Source: Anolis carolinensis
Taxonomy: Eukaryota
Direction: 5' to 3'
Length of the DNA: 64,000 bases
Assembly (NCBI RefSeq): GCF_035594765.1
Contig: NW_026943821.1
Coordinates: 248,001-312,000 of the forward strand
Under the pieces are notes generated by a model, which made no database searches, was not told where the DNA came from, and saw only the letters and a list, made by a program, of their open reading frames with translations. Positions 35,301-53,399 of the stretch are shown piece by piece. The first letter of the stretch is position 1, and every line of letters starts with the position of its first letter. A program made the position numbers and the translations under genes.

Positions 35301-36717
35301 AGGAAAACCAACAGTGCAGATGCCCTGGGTGCCATTTGGGGAGGGGGTGCATCCTGCCCTTGAGAGTATTCCATGGGACCCCCCCCCCCCCAAGACCTGG
35401 AGGCAGGGGCAGTGTGGGGGGGGGGGGCAGAGAGGAGCCGCCCTTCCTGCCTTTCTGGTTTGCCAGAGAAAGAGGAGCCCTGAAGCCACGGCGCCAAAGC
35501 GGTTCCAGGAAACGGCCAAACAAAGCCGGGAGAAGCCCTTGGAACCAGGGGAGACCCTGGAAGCAGGGGAGGGGGCCTCTTGGCCGGCCCGAGGCTGGTC
35601 CGACCCTATTCCAAGCAGCGGGAGGGGAAAGGAGGGGAGGGCTCCATCCAATGCAAAAGAAAGCATGGCTCCCCCACCATAGGTGTCACAACCATTTGCT
35701 ATTTAATTGTCCCCCGTGCAGTGGAGGAACGGGCAGGAAACAGGAAGGTGACGTCAGCTGGCCATAAGGACCAATGGCTTTGATGTGTGGGAAAGGGCTG
35801 GGGGGAACCGGGCATTCTGGGCGATTTACACATGATGGGTACGAGCCCTATACAGATTGGTGGCAGGGTGGGATAGATCAGTAGCTCTGACGTGTGGGAA
35901 AGGAGAGACATCAGAGGATTTCTGTGATTTACGACATTGTAGGTTAAGCTTGTGTGCCCGCTGTTAGCTCCAGCTCCTGCCAACCTAGCAGTTCGAAAAC
36001 ATGCAAGTGTGAGTAGATCAATAGGTACCGCTCCAGCGGGAAGGTAACGGCGCCACACGACCTTGGAGGTGTCTACGGACAACGCCGGCTCTTGGGCTTA
36101 GAAATGGAGATGAGCACCAACCCCCAGAGTCAGACATGGATGGACTTAACGTCAGGGGAAACCTTTACTTTTTTTTACTAGGTTAAGCCCAGTGGTGCAG
36201 CAGGTTAAACCACTGAGCTGCGGAACTTGCTTACCGAAAGGTCTGTGGTTGGAATCTGGGGAGCAAGGTGAGCTCCCACTGTTAGCCCCAGCTTCTGCCA
36301 AACTAGTAGTTCGAAAACATGCAAATGTGAGTAGATAGATAGTACCGCTCCGGTGAGAAGGTGTCTATGGACAACGCCATAGCTTAGAAATGGAGATGAG
36401 CACCAACCCCTGGAATCAGACCTGATGAGACTTAATGACAGGGGAAAACCTTTAGTAGAGCACAATCCGTGTACTCCAAACAATAAAGCGTACGCGTATG
36501 CACAAGCTTCTGTGTGCCTTGGAGAGAGAATTCCTTTCAATATGCGTGTAACTGGCTGGCATGGGCCCAGGCTTGGAGAGCAACGCGGCCAGTCCAGGAA
36601 GGGACCTTGCCGTGGGTTCCGGAGGGAGAAATCTCAGAGCAGATCAGGAGGACAGTCTCTTCTCTCTCTTGTTGTTATCGTTATTTTTAGCCCATGTTTT
36701 TTGTTACTGTTACATCA

Positions 36718-37290
36718 CACTATGTAACAACATTTGAAAAATGTTCTGTTCCTGGTTTGAAAGTGTTATTTCCTGTTTCGTTGTGTGGTCCTTACTTTGA
36801 AAGGAGACGTTATTCTCCAGAAACGTCATTTTTATGGCACAAACTTAGTTGAATGGCTTTTTTTTTTCATTTCAGGAACGACTTGAAAAACTGCAAGTCA
36901 CTTCTGGTGTGAGAGAATTGGCTGTCTGCAAAGACGCTGCCCAGGGGACATTGCCCAGATGTTTGATGTTTTACCACGCTGTGGGGGGTGTCTCATGTTC
37001 TCGCATGGAGCTGGAGAGAGGAAGCTCATCAGTGCTCTTCCTGGGTTGGATTCGAACCAGCAACCTTCAGGTCAGCAACCCAACCTTCCAGACATCAGTC
37101 TTGCCACACAAGGGTTTAACCCACTGCACCACCGGGGGCACCAAGAGGTTGCTGACCTATGGGTTGAGACTCAATGAGCAAAATGTGCTGCTGCAGGATG
37201 ATGTCCCTCCTGCAAAGACACCATTTTGGCAGTTGAATAAACTTTCCCCATGTTTTTTAATGATAGAACCAATTAGGAAATGACATTGAT
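36718..37290 (+). mobile_element. Chapaev-like non-autonomous element (other copies ~33245-33545 and 47691-48015); this copy carries a SINE insertion
   Basis: CACTATGTAA terminus and shared ttctgttcctggtttgaaagtgttatttcctgtt core. Confidence 0.55.
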
Positions 37291-37299
37291 CACCTTAGC

Positions 37300-37925
37300 A
37301 CCTTAGATGGACTCCTTGCCCTGAGATCATCAGCTGTTCAGATGCTGCGGAAGCTATGGATATGGCTAGAATTGTCCAACCACTTCTGGGTCACAGGGCC
37401 TCCACGACCACAGTATCCCCTCTTGCTACATTGAAGCTTTGACCTCTACAGGCATAATTCTGGGGAGCACTTGGCCCTCCTTGCGACAACCCGCATGCTC
37501 TTTTCTCCATACCACCTCCCGTTCGCCAGTCAATTCCTTGGGTGAACAAAGTGGTTAAGCATGTGTGCCAGAATCTATGCTGCACACCGATCCCCTCAAG
37601 GACACTGACCGTGAACCTCCCCTCTCCTTCTTCATGTTGGGGAGCTTGTTCAGGGAACCTTATGATTTGAGTTTTATGGTCCACGGCGGAAGCCTCCCAT
37701 CTCATCAACTTCCTTGAACTATTAGTGATCAAGGAGGCCTCTAGCACCTCCAAACCCTTCTTGAAGGGACATCTGCTCCAGATTATTGCAGGCATTACAC
37801 AATGAGATGGAAGGAAACCTCCCCTCCTCTGTCACTTATCCTTCATATCTGGTATTGATGCATCCCCAGACAGATTCAGTTCGCTGCTCTCCCTAGGAGA
37901 AAATCTGTTCCAACCTACCAAAAGC
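37300..37925 (+). mobile_element. Degraded DIRS-like retrotransposon RT/RNase H fragment
   Basis: Residual CWGA...HLINFLELLVIKEA...FLKGHLLQII motifs resemble DIRS RNase H. Confidence 0.45.
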
Positions 37926-40656
37926 CATGCACGCAGTGTAAACAAAGGCCTTTTGGAGGGAGGTGTGTGTCTTCGGAGGGGAAACCTGCCTGGGCAAGTG
38001 CAGGCCCCTGCGCGCCTCCCTCCCTCCGGCCTCTGGCGGATTCCTCTCCAGCCGGCCGCACCCTCCACCTGGCGCCCTCCCCCTGCCCTTCTCCCTTCTC
38101 CTTCCCTTCCTTGGAGATCGGCAGCTGCGGGAGTTGCAACCCCAAAGGCCTGGAGAGCCTCCGCCTGCAAAGGCTCCCAGAGAAGGACAAGCCAGAGCGG
38201 GAGGGGAGGGCGGCCTCCTCCTCGCCCCTGACCCCGGCCTTGCCCTCGGGATGAGGATGGGACTCGGAAGCCAATGGCATCACCAGGGGCTCCTGAGTCC
38301 TTGGCATCCTGCAGGATTGGTTTTTGTCCTGTTAAGTAGGCCTTAAATGATATAAAGAGGTGTTTAAACACCCTGAGGTCCCGATTGCATTCTGGGCCTG
38401 ACAGCCGTGCTCTGCCGTCCCTCCTGTGGACTGCCAGGCCTGTGATCCCCGCTCTGGCACAACCAAATGTGAGCTGCTGCAATGGGAGTTGCAGTGCCAA
38501 AACCTCTGGAGGGCAGGGATTGGTGGGGAGCCGGGCCTTCCAGCCTCTGTCTCTTTTGGGGAGTGGGCTTCCTGGCGGGAAGAAGGAAGGAAGGCAGGCA
38601 GGCCCCGCATGCCCCCTTGTGGCCGCCCGGGGCCAGGCCAGCTTCCGGCCAGCACTTGCCTCGGGGCTCTCTCCTTTTTTTTCCGTGTCAGGAGCAACCA
38701 GAGTTGCTTCTGGAGTGAGAGAATTGGCCGTCTGCAAGGACGTTGCCCAGGAGACACCCAGATGTTTTGATGTTTTTACCATCCTTGTGGGAGGCTTCTC
38801 TCATGTCCCTGCATGGAGCTGGAGCTGATGGAGGGAGCTCGTCCGCGCTCTCTTGGGTGGGATTCGAACCTGGCAGCCTTCAGGTCAGTAACCCAAGCTT
38901 CAAGTCACAAGGCTTTTATCCCTTAGGCCACCGGAGGCTCCTTGGGTCTCTCTCCTGGGAAGGCTCCTTGGGGTGAGGTTTGTTGCCTCCCTAGAGAGTG
39001 ACTCACTCTGGGGCTTCCCAGCAAGGACCTGAACCCTGGGCTGGGGAGGGCAAACCCGGCCTCTGAACAGCACCCTTCGCAGGGTCTTCCTTGGCAGAAG
39101 CATTGCCTCCGCAGCTTCTTCACGGAGAGGTCACCCCATGGGCTTGGCTTCCACCCCATCTCTTTTGCACCAGAGCCAGGGACAAAGGCCTTTCCCAGCA
39201 CTGCCAAGTAAGTAAGTAAGTAAGCAAGTAAAAGTTTATTTGTATACCGCCCTCTCTCCCAAAAGGGACTCAGGGCGGTTTCCAATATAAAATCAGCATA
39301 AAACATTGTACAATAAAACACTGAAAACACTATAAAACGCTATAAGAATTAAAAACAAAACATAACAATTGACTAAAACAATCACATAAGCAGAAGGAAT
39401 ATAATCACTCAAATAACATGAATCTGCAAAGAAAGAGGGAAAAAAAGGCCACTGGGATGGAGGAGAGGATGGCCTGGAGGGACCACTAGAACTAAAATGC
39501 CATGTGATATTCTAAGATGCTTTGGGGCAGAGGGATAAAGTGCAGTGTTTCAAGTCAAAGAGGTGGCCTGTGCAACTACTATAGCTATGGAGTGCGCAAA
39601 CCTGAGACGTGGTTCATTCCTCTCCGAAAAGCCTCCCACCTGAAGGAGAGGGTCTGGGGGGGCCCACCTGCGCCAGGCCAGGGCCATTCTCCCTGGAATG
39701 CCTCCCCGGGACTTGCAAGGCCCCTCCCTGGTTAGCCATAGCGGCCTGTTCAGGCGGCTGAACCCACCGGCCTGCCTTGACGCCCTGCGTGGCTCCCCCG
39801 CCTCCTCCGAGGCCGAGAGAGTGTGGCTCCCGCACCGTCAAACCGCCCTTTCCCATCACAGCCTAGTTTATGCTGTTAGTCGTCCCTGTTGTCTTCGTAT
39901 GTTCATGTCTTCACATAAGCTTTTCTTAGCTATATTTTTCAGGAGCCCCAATAGCGCAATGGGTTAAACTCCTGTGCTGGCAAGACTGCGGACTGACAGG
40001 GCGGCAGTATGAGTCTCGGGAGTGTGGGTGAGCTCCCTCTGTCAGCTCCAGTTCCCCATGCGGGAACATGAAGGAAGCCTCCCACAAGGATGGTAGAAAC
40101 ATCAAAGCATCTGGGCAACGTCCTTGCAGACGGCCAATTATCTCACACCAGAAGCAACTTGCAGTTTCTCAAGTCGCTCCTGACATGAAAAGGAGTGGGA
40201 TGTTTTAATATGCCATTTTATAGAGGAGTGCGACTGTGCCACGTCCTGCCACGAGCCGAAAGGGGAGGTGGGCAATACAGTATAATACAGTAGAGTCTCA
40301 CTTATCCAACATAAACAGGCCAGCAGAACGCTGGATAAGTGAATATGTTGGATAATAAGGAGAGATTAAGGAGAAGCCTATTAAACATCAAATTAGGTTA
40401 TATTTTTACAAATTACCGCCGATTTCTGGGTCTGAATATATTGCACAAGATTTCTCTAACTTAAAATGATACATTTTAATATATTGGGTTTATGGTTCCT
40501 GTCCCCTTGATCAGGCCATGTAAGTGTTATTTATTTCTATAATTGTATTTTTACTTTGCTTAATAATATGTTATTATGTTTGTTATGTAATGTTTGTGTT
40601 TTTATGATTGGAAACCGCCCTGAGTCCCATCCGGGAGATAGGGTGGTATATAAATA

Positions 40657-40692
<36 letters not shown>

Positions 40693-41449
40693 TAAGCACC
40701 AAAACATCATGTTATACAACAAATTTGACAGAAAAAGTAGTTCAATACGCAGTAACGTTACGTAGTAATTATTGTATTTATGAATTTAGTACCAAAATAT
40801 CATGATGTATAGAAAACATTGACTGCAAAAATGCGTTGGATAATCCAGAACGTTGGATAAGCGAGTGTTGGATAAGTGAGACTCTACTGTAACTTTAATA
40901 ATAATAATATAATAATTTTTTTTCTATCCTGCCGCCATCTCCCCACAAGGACTCAGGGTGGATAATACGGGGCCAAGCCCAAAGAACCAATAATACAAAG
41001 TAAAATACATGTAAAAACAGCATCTTCAACCAAATAAAACATATCAAAACCAAAGTAATGCAATATAAGAATAAGAAATGATTAAACATAAAAGGATAAC
41101 ATAAAAGGACCACCGTTTGGTAACGAAGTGAATGAAAAGGGAGGGCGGTCTGGTGTGAGTGGTGCCTTTTGGGAGCGTAAAAGGACCAAGTGCGGAATAT
41201 CATGAATTCATTTAAATGGGGCTTTGATCTTGGGGGATTATTTATTTATTTCCATTATTTATCCCCCGCCCTTCTCACCCGAGGGGACTCAGGGCGGCTT
41301 ACAAGTGGCAATGGATGCCCTTACACTGATATACAATGAACTAAAATGTTAAAACAGTCATAAAATACAATATACAAAGTTTAAACAACGCAAAGCGATT
41401 ACTGAAAGGCCCACCGGAAGGGGGCTCTCCCTGGGAAGGAAGAGGCCTC

Positions 41450-41556
41450 CACATCCGGGGCGGGGCGGGTGTGGATCGGACTACAACTCCCAGCATTCCT
41501 CACAGGCGATGGGGCCTGTTGGAAAGGCTTCCGCAGCTCCCAGGATCCTCAGCGGG

Positions 41557-41621
<65 letters not shown>

Positions 41622-42469
41622 GCACCGACCGGCCTCCTTCCGCTCCCGAGTCCTCCTGTCTTTGGGGCGGGGGCTGCTGGGAGTTGTAGTTCCTTCCGCG
41701 GCACTACTCCTCCCAGCAGCCCTGTCGGAGGGCGGGGCCCGCCGCGCGGCCTGCCGGGAGCCCCTCCCTCCCTCCCTCCCTCGCCCTATTTAGGGGGGCT
41801 GCTCGTGGGCCCGCCCTCCGCCCGACGCTTCCTGCCGCGACGCACGACGGGAGCCGTAGTTTCCTCCGCCGGGTCACGAGACGCGCCTCCCCCTCCCCCT
41901 CCTTGTGCTGCTGCCGCCGTCGCCGCCTCCGCGCGGGGCATGCCGGGAGCAGAGCAAGGCCCGCGGCCTCCCGTCGTGCCCCGCGGCGCCCAGGCCGCAG
42001 CCCGCGCTCGCCTTCCGGCCCGGAGGCCCCGCCATGGAGCGCCGGGGAGGGCCCGCCCGGACCTCCGAAGGTCAGCCCCGCCCCGCTCCCCCCCCTCCCT
42101 CCCTCCCTCGCGGCGCCCCCTCCCCCTCCCTTGGTCGCGCGGCGCAGTCTGGGAAGTGTAGTCGGCGGCGCGGCCTCGGGGACTCGCCCTCCCGTCGTGC
42201 CTTGCGGTGCCTCGCTCCCTCGCTGGCTCGGGCGGCGCGGCGCCTTCTGGGAAGCGGAGTCCGGCTGCCGGCGGAGGGCCGGGCGGGCGGAGGGACTCCA
42301 TTTCCCGTGGGGCTTCGCGGCGGCGGCGGCCTCTCCGTCGAAAGGAGCCGGCCCCCCCGCCCCCCGGTGCCCGCCCGCCTGCCCGCCCGCCGCCGCCCTC
42401 CTCTCTCCTCCTTCCTTCCCTCCTTCCTTCCTTCCTCTCTCCTCCCTCCCCGCCGGCCTCGGCCTCGCC
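41450..42469 (+). promoter_or_regulatory. GSK3A CpG-island promoter with clustered ZNF143-type sites and a (CT)n microsatellite (41561-41620)
   Basis: ACTACAACTCCCAGCATTCC at 41480-41499, TGGGAGTTGTAGT at 41678-41690, further variants at ~41703 and ~41850; GC boxes. Confidence 0.7.
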
Positions 42470-48149
<5,680 letters not shown>

Positions 48150-49385
48150 GGGGCTGCCTCTGGGCCGGGGGGCCGGTCCCCTCCACCACCCCTGCCCCCC
48201 ACCGGCCACTCACACGGACTTCTCTGAACTGTGAACAACAGAGGGGGGAAAGAGGAGGAGGAGGGGGGGAGTCATGGCCGGGGACCATGCGGCACCCCCC
48301 CTCCTGTTGGTCAAAGGGGCAGTTGGCTGGGGAGGGGCACCGGAGGGGAGGGGCACCGGAGGGGGGGGGAAGGGCACCTCTCCCTGACATCGCTTGATGT
48401 TCCCTCTGCGTGGGGAGACAGCAGAAATAAGCAGCCGAATGGTCATCCTGTGGCTTCAGGGCTCCTTTTTTGTCATCAGTCCAGGCTGGTACCTCATCAA
48501 GGGGGGGGGGGCACACCATAGCCCTGCTGTCCCTTCTGCCCCCCTCCCCAACTCCCTCTCCTCCCCACCCTTCCCCAAAAGGGGGGGGCAGGTTGTTTTT
48601 AAAGTTCCTCTTGTTTTTAACACCCCGCGGAGAAAACAAAATGATAAAATGGTTTTAGTTCCAGCTTCGTGTCGCCCTTTGAGGCTATACAGTTCCTGCA
48701 CTGGGTCCCCCCCACCCCCAAAAGACCTGCTGGGCCTGTTTGCCTCTGAAACACGGATGCTGTATTTTTAAGCAGGTTAGGCTCCCCCACACTCTTTTTA
48801 AAAAGAAGCTCCCAGTTTGAACAGATGTGTCCCCTTCAAGGGGGGAGCCAGGGCCCTTCCTGCCCCCTCCCCTCCCACTTGGACCTGCAGTCTTTTACTG
48901 GGAACAAGCCCCCCTCCTGTGCTGAGGTGAGGGCCAGCCATTCCTCCCCCCTCCCTCCCCATTGTGCCCAGCTTTGGGCTGGTATTACAGAGATGCCCCT
49001 TTCTTCCCCAGTGGGAGGGGGCTCCCAAAGGGAGGGCAGAAGGACAAGGTGGCGAGAAGATCTGATTCCAGGCCCCTCCCCCTGTAAATACCTTTTTTTC
49101 TTCCCCTTCCTTCTCCCCTCCCCACAAAATGGCTTCCTCCCATTTCTCCCTGTAAATAGATTATAATTTCTTTTCTTAATGCCATGTTGCAACGATTGCC
49201 CCAAGACCCCCGTCTCTCCCACCCCCTTCAAATTGCTCTAGGTTTGAGGGGTCCCCTGAAAAACCAGGGAGCAGCCTGTGGATAAACGCCCTCACGATGA
49301 CCCCCTCCCAAAATCACCCCTCCCCCCAAACATTGTGTGTTAGTTTCTTTCTTAGGTTTTTTGGCTGTGTACAGACATCCGGTTC

Positions 49386-49391
49386 AATAAA
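49386..49391 (+). terminator. Probable GSK3A polyadenylation signal
   Basis: AATAAA about 1.2 kb after the stop codon, preceded by a U-rich stretch and TGTA elements. Confidence 0.65.
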
Positions 49392-50481
49392 TTATTGGCA
49401 TGAACGGAGAGAACAGTGTGGGTGCCTTATTATGATTGGGGCTGCAATACTTTGTCGATGAGGATGGGAGGAATGGATAGAGACCCCCCCCCCCCCCCCC
49501 CCCCCGTGGGGAGGAAGCCCTCCTGCCCTCAGCGGCTGGAAAGGTTATGTTCCAGTCTGCAATACGGGAGACAGGCTGGAAACGGGCGAGGGGGTGGCCT
49601 GGACCAAGCAGCCGCCCCTTTAAGCCATGTTTCGGAGGGGATTGGAGACTGAGGAAAGAAACTCCTGTCTCAGGGACATTAGTCTGGTTGCATAACCCTG
49701 GATTTAGCCCCATGCCATTATGTAAACATGAACTAAAACTTGCTCTGCCAACTAGTTTTGCCACCTTTTGCCTCCTCGGCTCAACTACAGCTGGCTGGAA
49801 AAGAGTTTGGGTACTTTATCCTTCCAGCTAACTTTCAAGAGCTTATCACCGGATGTTGCAGGGCAGACAAACTTTTCTGCCCACGAAAGAGCCTGTGCCA
49901 GCCTTACCCTGAACGACCTGCTTCTCTTGTCCTCCTTCCCACCCCTCAATAGTCAAGAGGGCCCCTGCAATGCAAGCAAGCGCTTCCTTGGCTGAAGGTG
50001 CAAAAGCCTTTCCCCGACTTTGCTCATCCACTCAGCCCTACAGGCCTTGGACTCTCTTGGCTGCGACGTTACTTCAATGGCCACTGTGACATTCCCTTCC
50101 CTGGTTTTAATGGATCTCCCTTTCAGAGACGGAGGTGGCTTTTTGTTGCTCTGCAAACAAGAGGAGACAAGAAGAGCAGCTTCTAAGCAAAGAGGAATAA
50201 TTTAATGGGAAACAGGCCGGACCTAAGCCTCCACTCTGCCTCCCACAACTCTCTCTGGCAGAAACAAAACTGGAAAAAGATGTATTAGAACCTTTCTTAG
50301 AAAAACAAAAATAAATACCAGAAATAGGTGTGTGGTTGTGGCCCAGGTGAGTCCATAGCGCACACACTTGAATGAACACCCACGGCGCTAAGGCCTGGCG
50401 TAGAAGAAGAGGCGCGTGGGCCGAAGGCTCTCCAACACCAGCCTCTAGGCGCACTCTGCCCGGAGCCTCTTGGTTCTGCTC

Positions 50482-53115
50482 CTAGACGAAGGCGTGAACC
50501 TGGAGGCTCCCTTCCAGCGTGGCCTGGTAGATCTCGATGGTCTCCACCAAGGGCAGCGGCTCAGCGCTCTCGATGATGGCGATGGTCTCTCCAAACTCGG
50601 TGCACATGATGGTCTGGACAGGTTGGACAGGCGCCCCTCCATTTGCCGCTCCTGCCGAAGGGTCCGGCGTGGCCAGCACCAGCGCTTCCTGATGGGGCTC
50701 CGTTTCCGCGTGGGTTTTGCGGTGGCTGCGCAGGTGGGAGAGGGTCTTGAAGGTCTGGGAGCAGAGGGCACAGGGGTGTGGTCGCTCGTCCGTGTGGACG
50801 CGCCGGTGTTCGGCCAGGTGCATGGACTGCACGAAGGCCTTGCCGCAGTCCCAGCAACGGAAGGGGCGTTCGCCCGTGTGCAGCCTCCGGTGTTCCTGCA
50901 GGTGGGTGGCCTGCCGGAAGGCCTTCCCACACTCGGGGCAGGGGAAGGGGCGCTCGCCCGTGTGGATGCGTTGGTGCAGCTGCAGCCCCGAGGCTGCCAT
51001 GAAGCCCTTCCCGCAGACAGGGCACTTGTGGGGCCGCAGGCCAGCATGGCGCTGCTGGTGCCGGCTCAGCCCGCTCGGGGTGGTGAAGGTCTTGCCGCAG
51101 AGCGGGCATGGGAATGGGCGCTGGCCCGAGTGCGCCAGCTGGTGAGCGGCCAGCTTGGCAGGGGAGCCCAGGTACTTGCCGCAGGAGAGGCAGGGGTATC
51201 TCCGGGAGGGGCCCAGCTCCCGGCGGCGGGCACAGCGGTGCTCCTGCAGCTTGGCGGCCTCCGCAAAGAGGGCGTTGCAGTCCGGACAGCGGTGGGGCTC
51301 ACGCCCAGTGTGGCTGAGTCGGTGCAGCTCCAAGAGGCAGCGCCGGGGAAAGGACTTCTCACACTCGGGGCAGGGGAAGGGCAGGCTGCCCATGTGGGCT
51401 GCCTGGTGCAGGGCCAGCTGGTAGGGGCGGGCGAAGGTGGCCCCACAGTCCTGGCAGGAGTGGGGCCCCTGGCGACCGGGCACCAGGTGCAGGAGGCGGT
51501 GCTGGCGGAGGTTGGAGGACTGGGTGAAGCGCTTGCCGCACACCTGGCACTGGTAGGGGCGCTCCCCGGTGTGGGTGATGTGGTGCCGCGCCAGGTTGGC
51601 CTGCGAGACAAAGGTCTTGCCGCACTCGGAGCACTGGAAGGGCCGCTCCCCGGTGTGGGTGCGCAGGTGGTTCCTCACGTGCACCAGCTTCTTGAACTTC
51701 TTGCTGCACATGGGGCACTTGTGCTTGCGCTCCAGGACATGCACCACCCGCTTGTGCCGTACCATCCGGAGGTAGGTGGAGAAGCCCTTGCCGCACTGTG
51801 GACACAGGAAGCCCACCCCACTGGCCTCTGCTTCCGGGCCCTTCTTCGGAGAGGCAGTGGAGGAGGAGGGGGGCTGAAGGCTGGCAGAGGCCTCTCCACC
51901 GCCGTTGACCACCGGTCCTGCATCGCTCAGGACTGGCTCCAGGGGCTGCCTGCCAGGCCCCGGCTTCACGTTCCCTCGGGCGGGGGGCACCCCGCTCTTG
52001 CCCGCGTGCGTGCGCCGGTGGTACAGGAACTTGGTCATGTTGCTGAAGGCCTTGCCGCAGTGGCAGCGGTGGAGGGGGTTGGCGGTGTGGTTCTTGCGGT
52101 GCGTCACCAGCGTCATCTCGGTGGAGAAGCCCAGGCCGCAGTCCACGCAGAGGTAGAGCGCCTCCCCCTTGTGCATCCGCATGTGCTGCTCCAGGGAGGC
52201 CGCCTTCTTGAAGATCTTGTTGCAGTTCGGGCACTCGTAGGTGCCGTCCATGTGCGCCCGCTGGTGCGCCAGCAGCCGCTTGGCCGTCGTGAAGCCGCGC
52301 TGGCACTCACCGCAGAGGAATTCTTCTGGCTGGGTCCGCACATGCTGCTCCTGCCGGTGCCGCTCCAGGGCCTCCGCCGTGGCAAAGCCTTGCTTGCATT
52401 CTCCACAGCAGAGCGCCTTGGCGGAGGGCGACGCAGGCAGGGGGGGCTCTTCCTCAGGGCACCGCGATGGAGACATGCGGGGGCTGGCCGCCTCTTGCGT
52501 CGCAGGGGGCTCCCCGCTCTCCTTCTCAATCTCTGTGAAGTGCTCTCCCTGGTGCTCCAGCAGCTCCTCGGGGGTCAGGAAGAGGCCGGCGCACTCGGAG
52601 CATTCGTAGGGGTGCACCGGCGGGGCGGGCGGGAGGGGGGGCGGATGGGGAGAGGGGGGCGAGGGGCGGGGCGGGGAGGCCGCGGCCTCTGTCTCGCGGT
52701 GCGTCCGGCGGTGCGCCAGCCAGAGGGCGGTGGAGGGGAAGAGCTCCTGGCACTCGTTGCACTGGTAGCGGATCTGCCCCGGGGTGGGAGGGGGCCGGGA
52801 GGGGACCTCCCTGGGGTGCACTTCCTGGTGGGCCAGGAGCTCATCCGGGGAGCAGAGGGTGCAGCCGCACTCCAGGCACTGGAAGCGGCTGTTGTCCTGC
52901 GAGAGCCCTGGCGGGGCCGCGGCTTCTTCTTCTTCCGCTGCTGCTGCTGCTGCTCCTTCTTCTGCGGGAGGGGGCGGGGGCTGCGCCTGCCAGGGCTGCT
53001 CCAGGTGGCTCTGGTGGTGGATCAGCACTCCTTCCAGCGTGTCGTAGAGCTGCCCGCACTCGGAACACATGTACTGGTGCTGCAGGAAGAGCGACTGGGC
53101 CAGGTCCTCCGCCAT
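50482..53115 (-). CDS. ZNF526: Zinc finger protein 526 (single coding exon, 877 aa, about 22 C2H2-type fingers)
   Basis: GCGCCATGG start at 53115 just after an acceptor (exon starts 53120). SLFLQHQYMCSECGQLY, CGKAFSNMTKFLYHRRTHAGKSG and C-terminal TIMCTEFGETIAIIE...HAFV match ZNF526. Lies between GSK3A and DEDD2 as in human; upstream non-coding exon donor at ~53471. Confidence 0.88.
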   Translation of the reverse strand: MAEDLAQSLFLQHQYMCSECGQLYDTLEGVLIHHQSHLEQPWQAQPPPPPAEEGAAAAAAEEEEAAAPPGLSQDNSRFQCLECGCTLCSPDELLAHQEVHPREVPSRPPPTPGQIRYQCNECQELFPSTALWLAHRRTHRETEAAASPPRPSPPSPHPPPLPPAPPVHPYECSECAGLFLTPEELLEHQGEHFTEIEKESGEPPATQEAASPRMSPSRCPEEEPPLPASPSAKALCCGECKQGFATAEALERHRQEQHVRTQPEEFLCGECQRGFTTAKRLLAHQRAHMDGTYECPNCNKIFKKAASLEQHMRMHKGEALYLCVDCGLGFSTEMTLVTHRKNHTANPLHRCHCGKAFSNMTKFLYHRRTHAGKSGVPPARGNVKPGPGRQPLEPVLSDAGPVVNGGGEASASLQPPSSSTASPKKGPEAEASGVGFLCPQCGKGFSTYLRMVRHKRVVHVLERKHKCPMCSKKFKKLVHVRNHLRTHTGERPFQCSECGKTFVSQANLARHHITHTGERPYQCQVCGKRFTQSSNLRQHRLLHLVPGRQGPHSCQDCGATFARPYQLALHQAAHMGSLPFPCPECEKSFPRRCLLELHRLSHTGREPHRCPDCNALFAEAAKLQEHRCARRRELGPSRRYPCLSCGKYLGSPAKLAAHQLAHSGQRPFPCPLCGKTFTTPSGLSRHQQRHAGLRPHKCPVCGKGFMAASGLQLHQRIHTGERPFPCPECGKAFRQATHLQEHRRLHTGERPFRCWDCGKAFVQSMHLAEHRRVHTDERPHPCALCSQTFKTLSHLRSHRKTHAETEPHQEALVLATPDPSAGAANGGAPVQPVQTIMCTEFGETIAIIESAEPLPLVETIEIYQATLEGSLQVHAFV

Positions 53116-53399
53116 GGCGCCTGCGGGGGAGGGAGAGCGGTGAGGAGAGAGAGAGAGAGAGGGGGGGGGGGAGGGAGGGGGGGCTCCTGCGCCGGGACCA
53201 CCGCCCGCACCAGGCCTCCCTCCCCCCCCCCCCCGCGGAAGGCGCCATTCTCCTTTATTATGGTTGTTATTATGCTTGCTGCTTCCCCGCACTTTCTCTC
53301 AACACGCCCCCCCCCCTCACAGGCCCTCACGGGGAGCACGCAGACGGGCCTTGGCGCCTGCGAGGTCGGGCCCCATGCCCAGGCTGCACAGAGAACAGC

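Noticed and set aside
53116-53292. N-terminal extension of the ZNF526 ORF in the track
   Set aside because: Crosses the splice acceptor at 53120; intronic polypyrimidine sequence.
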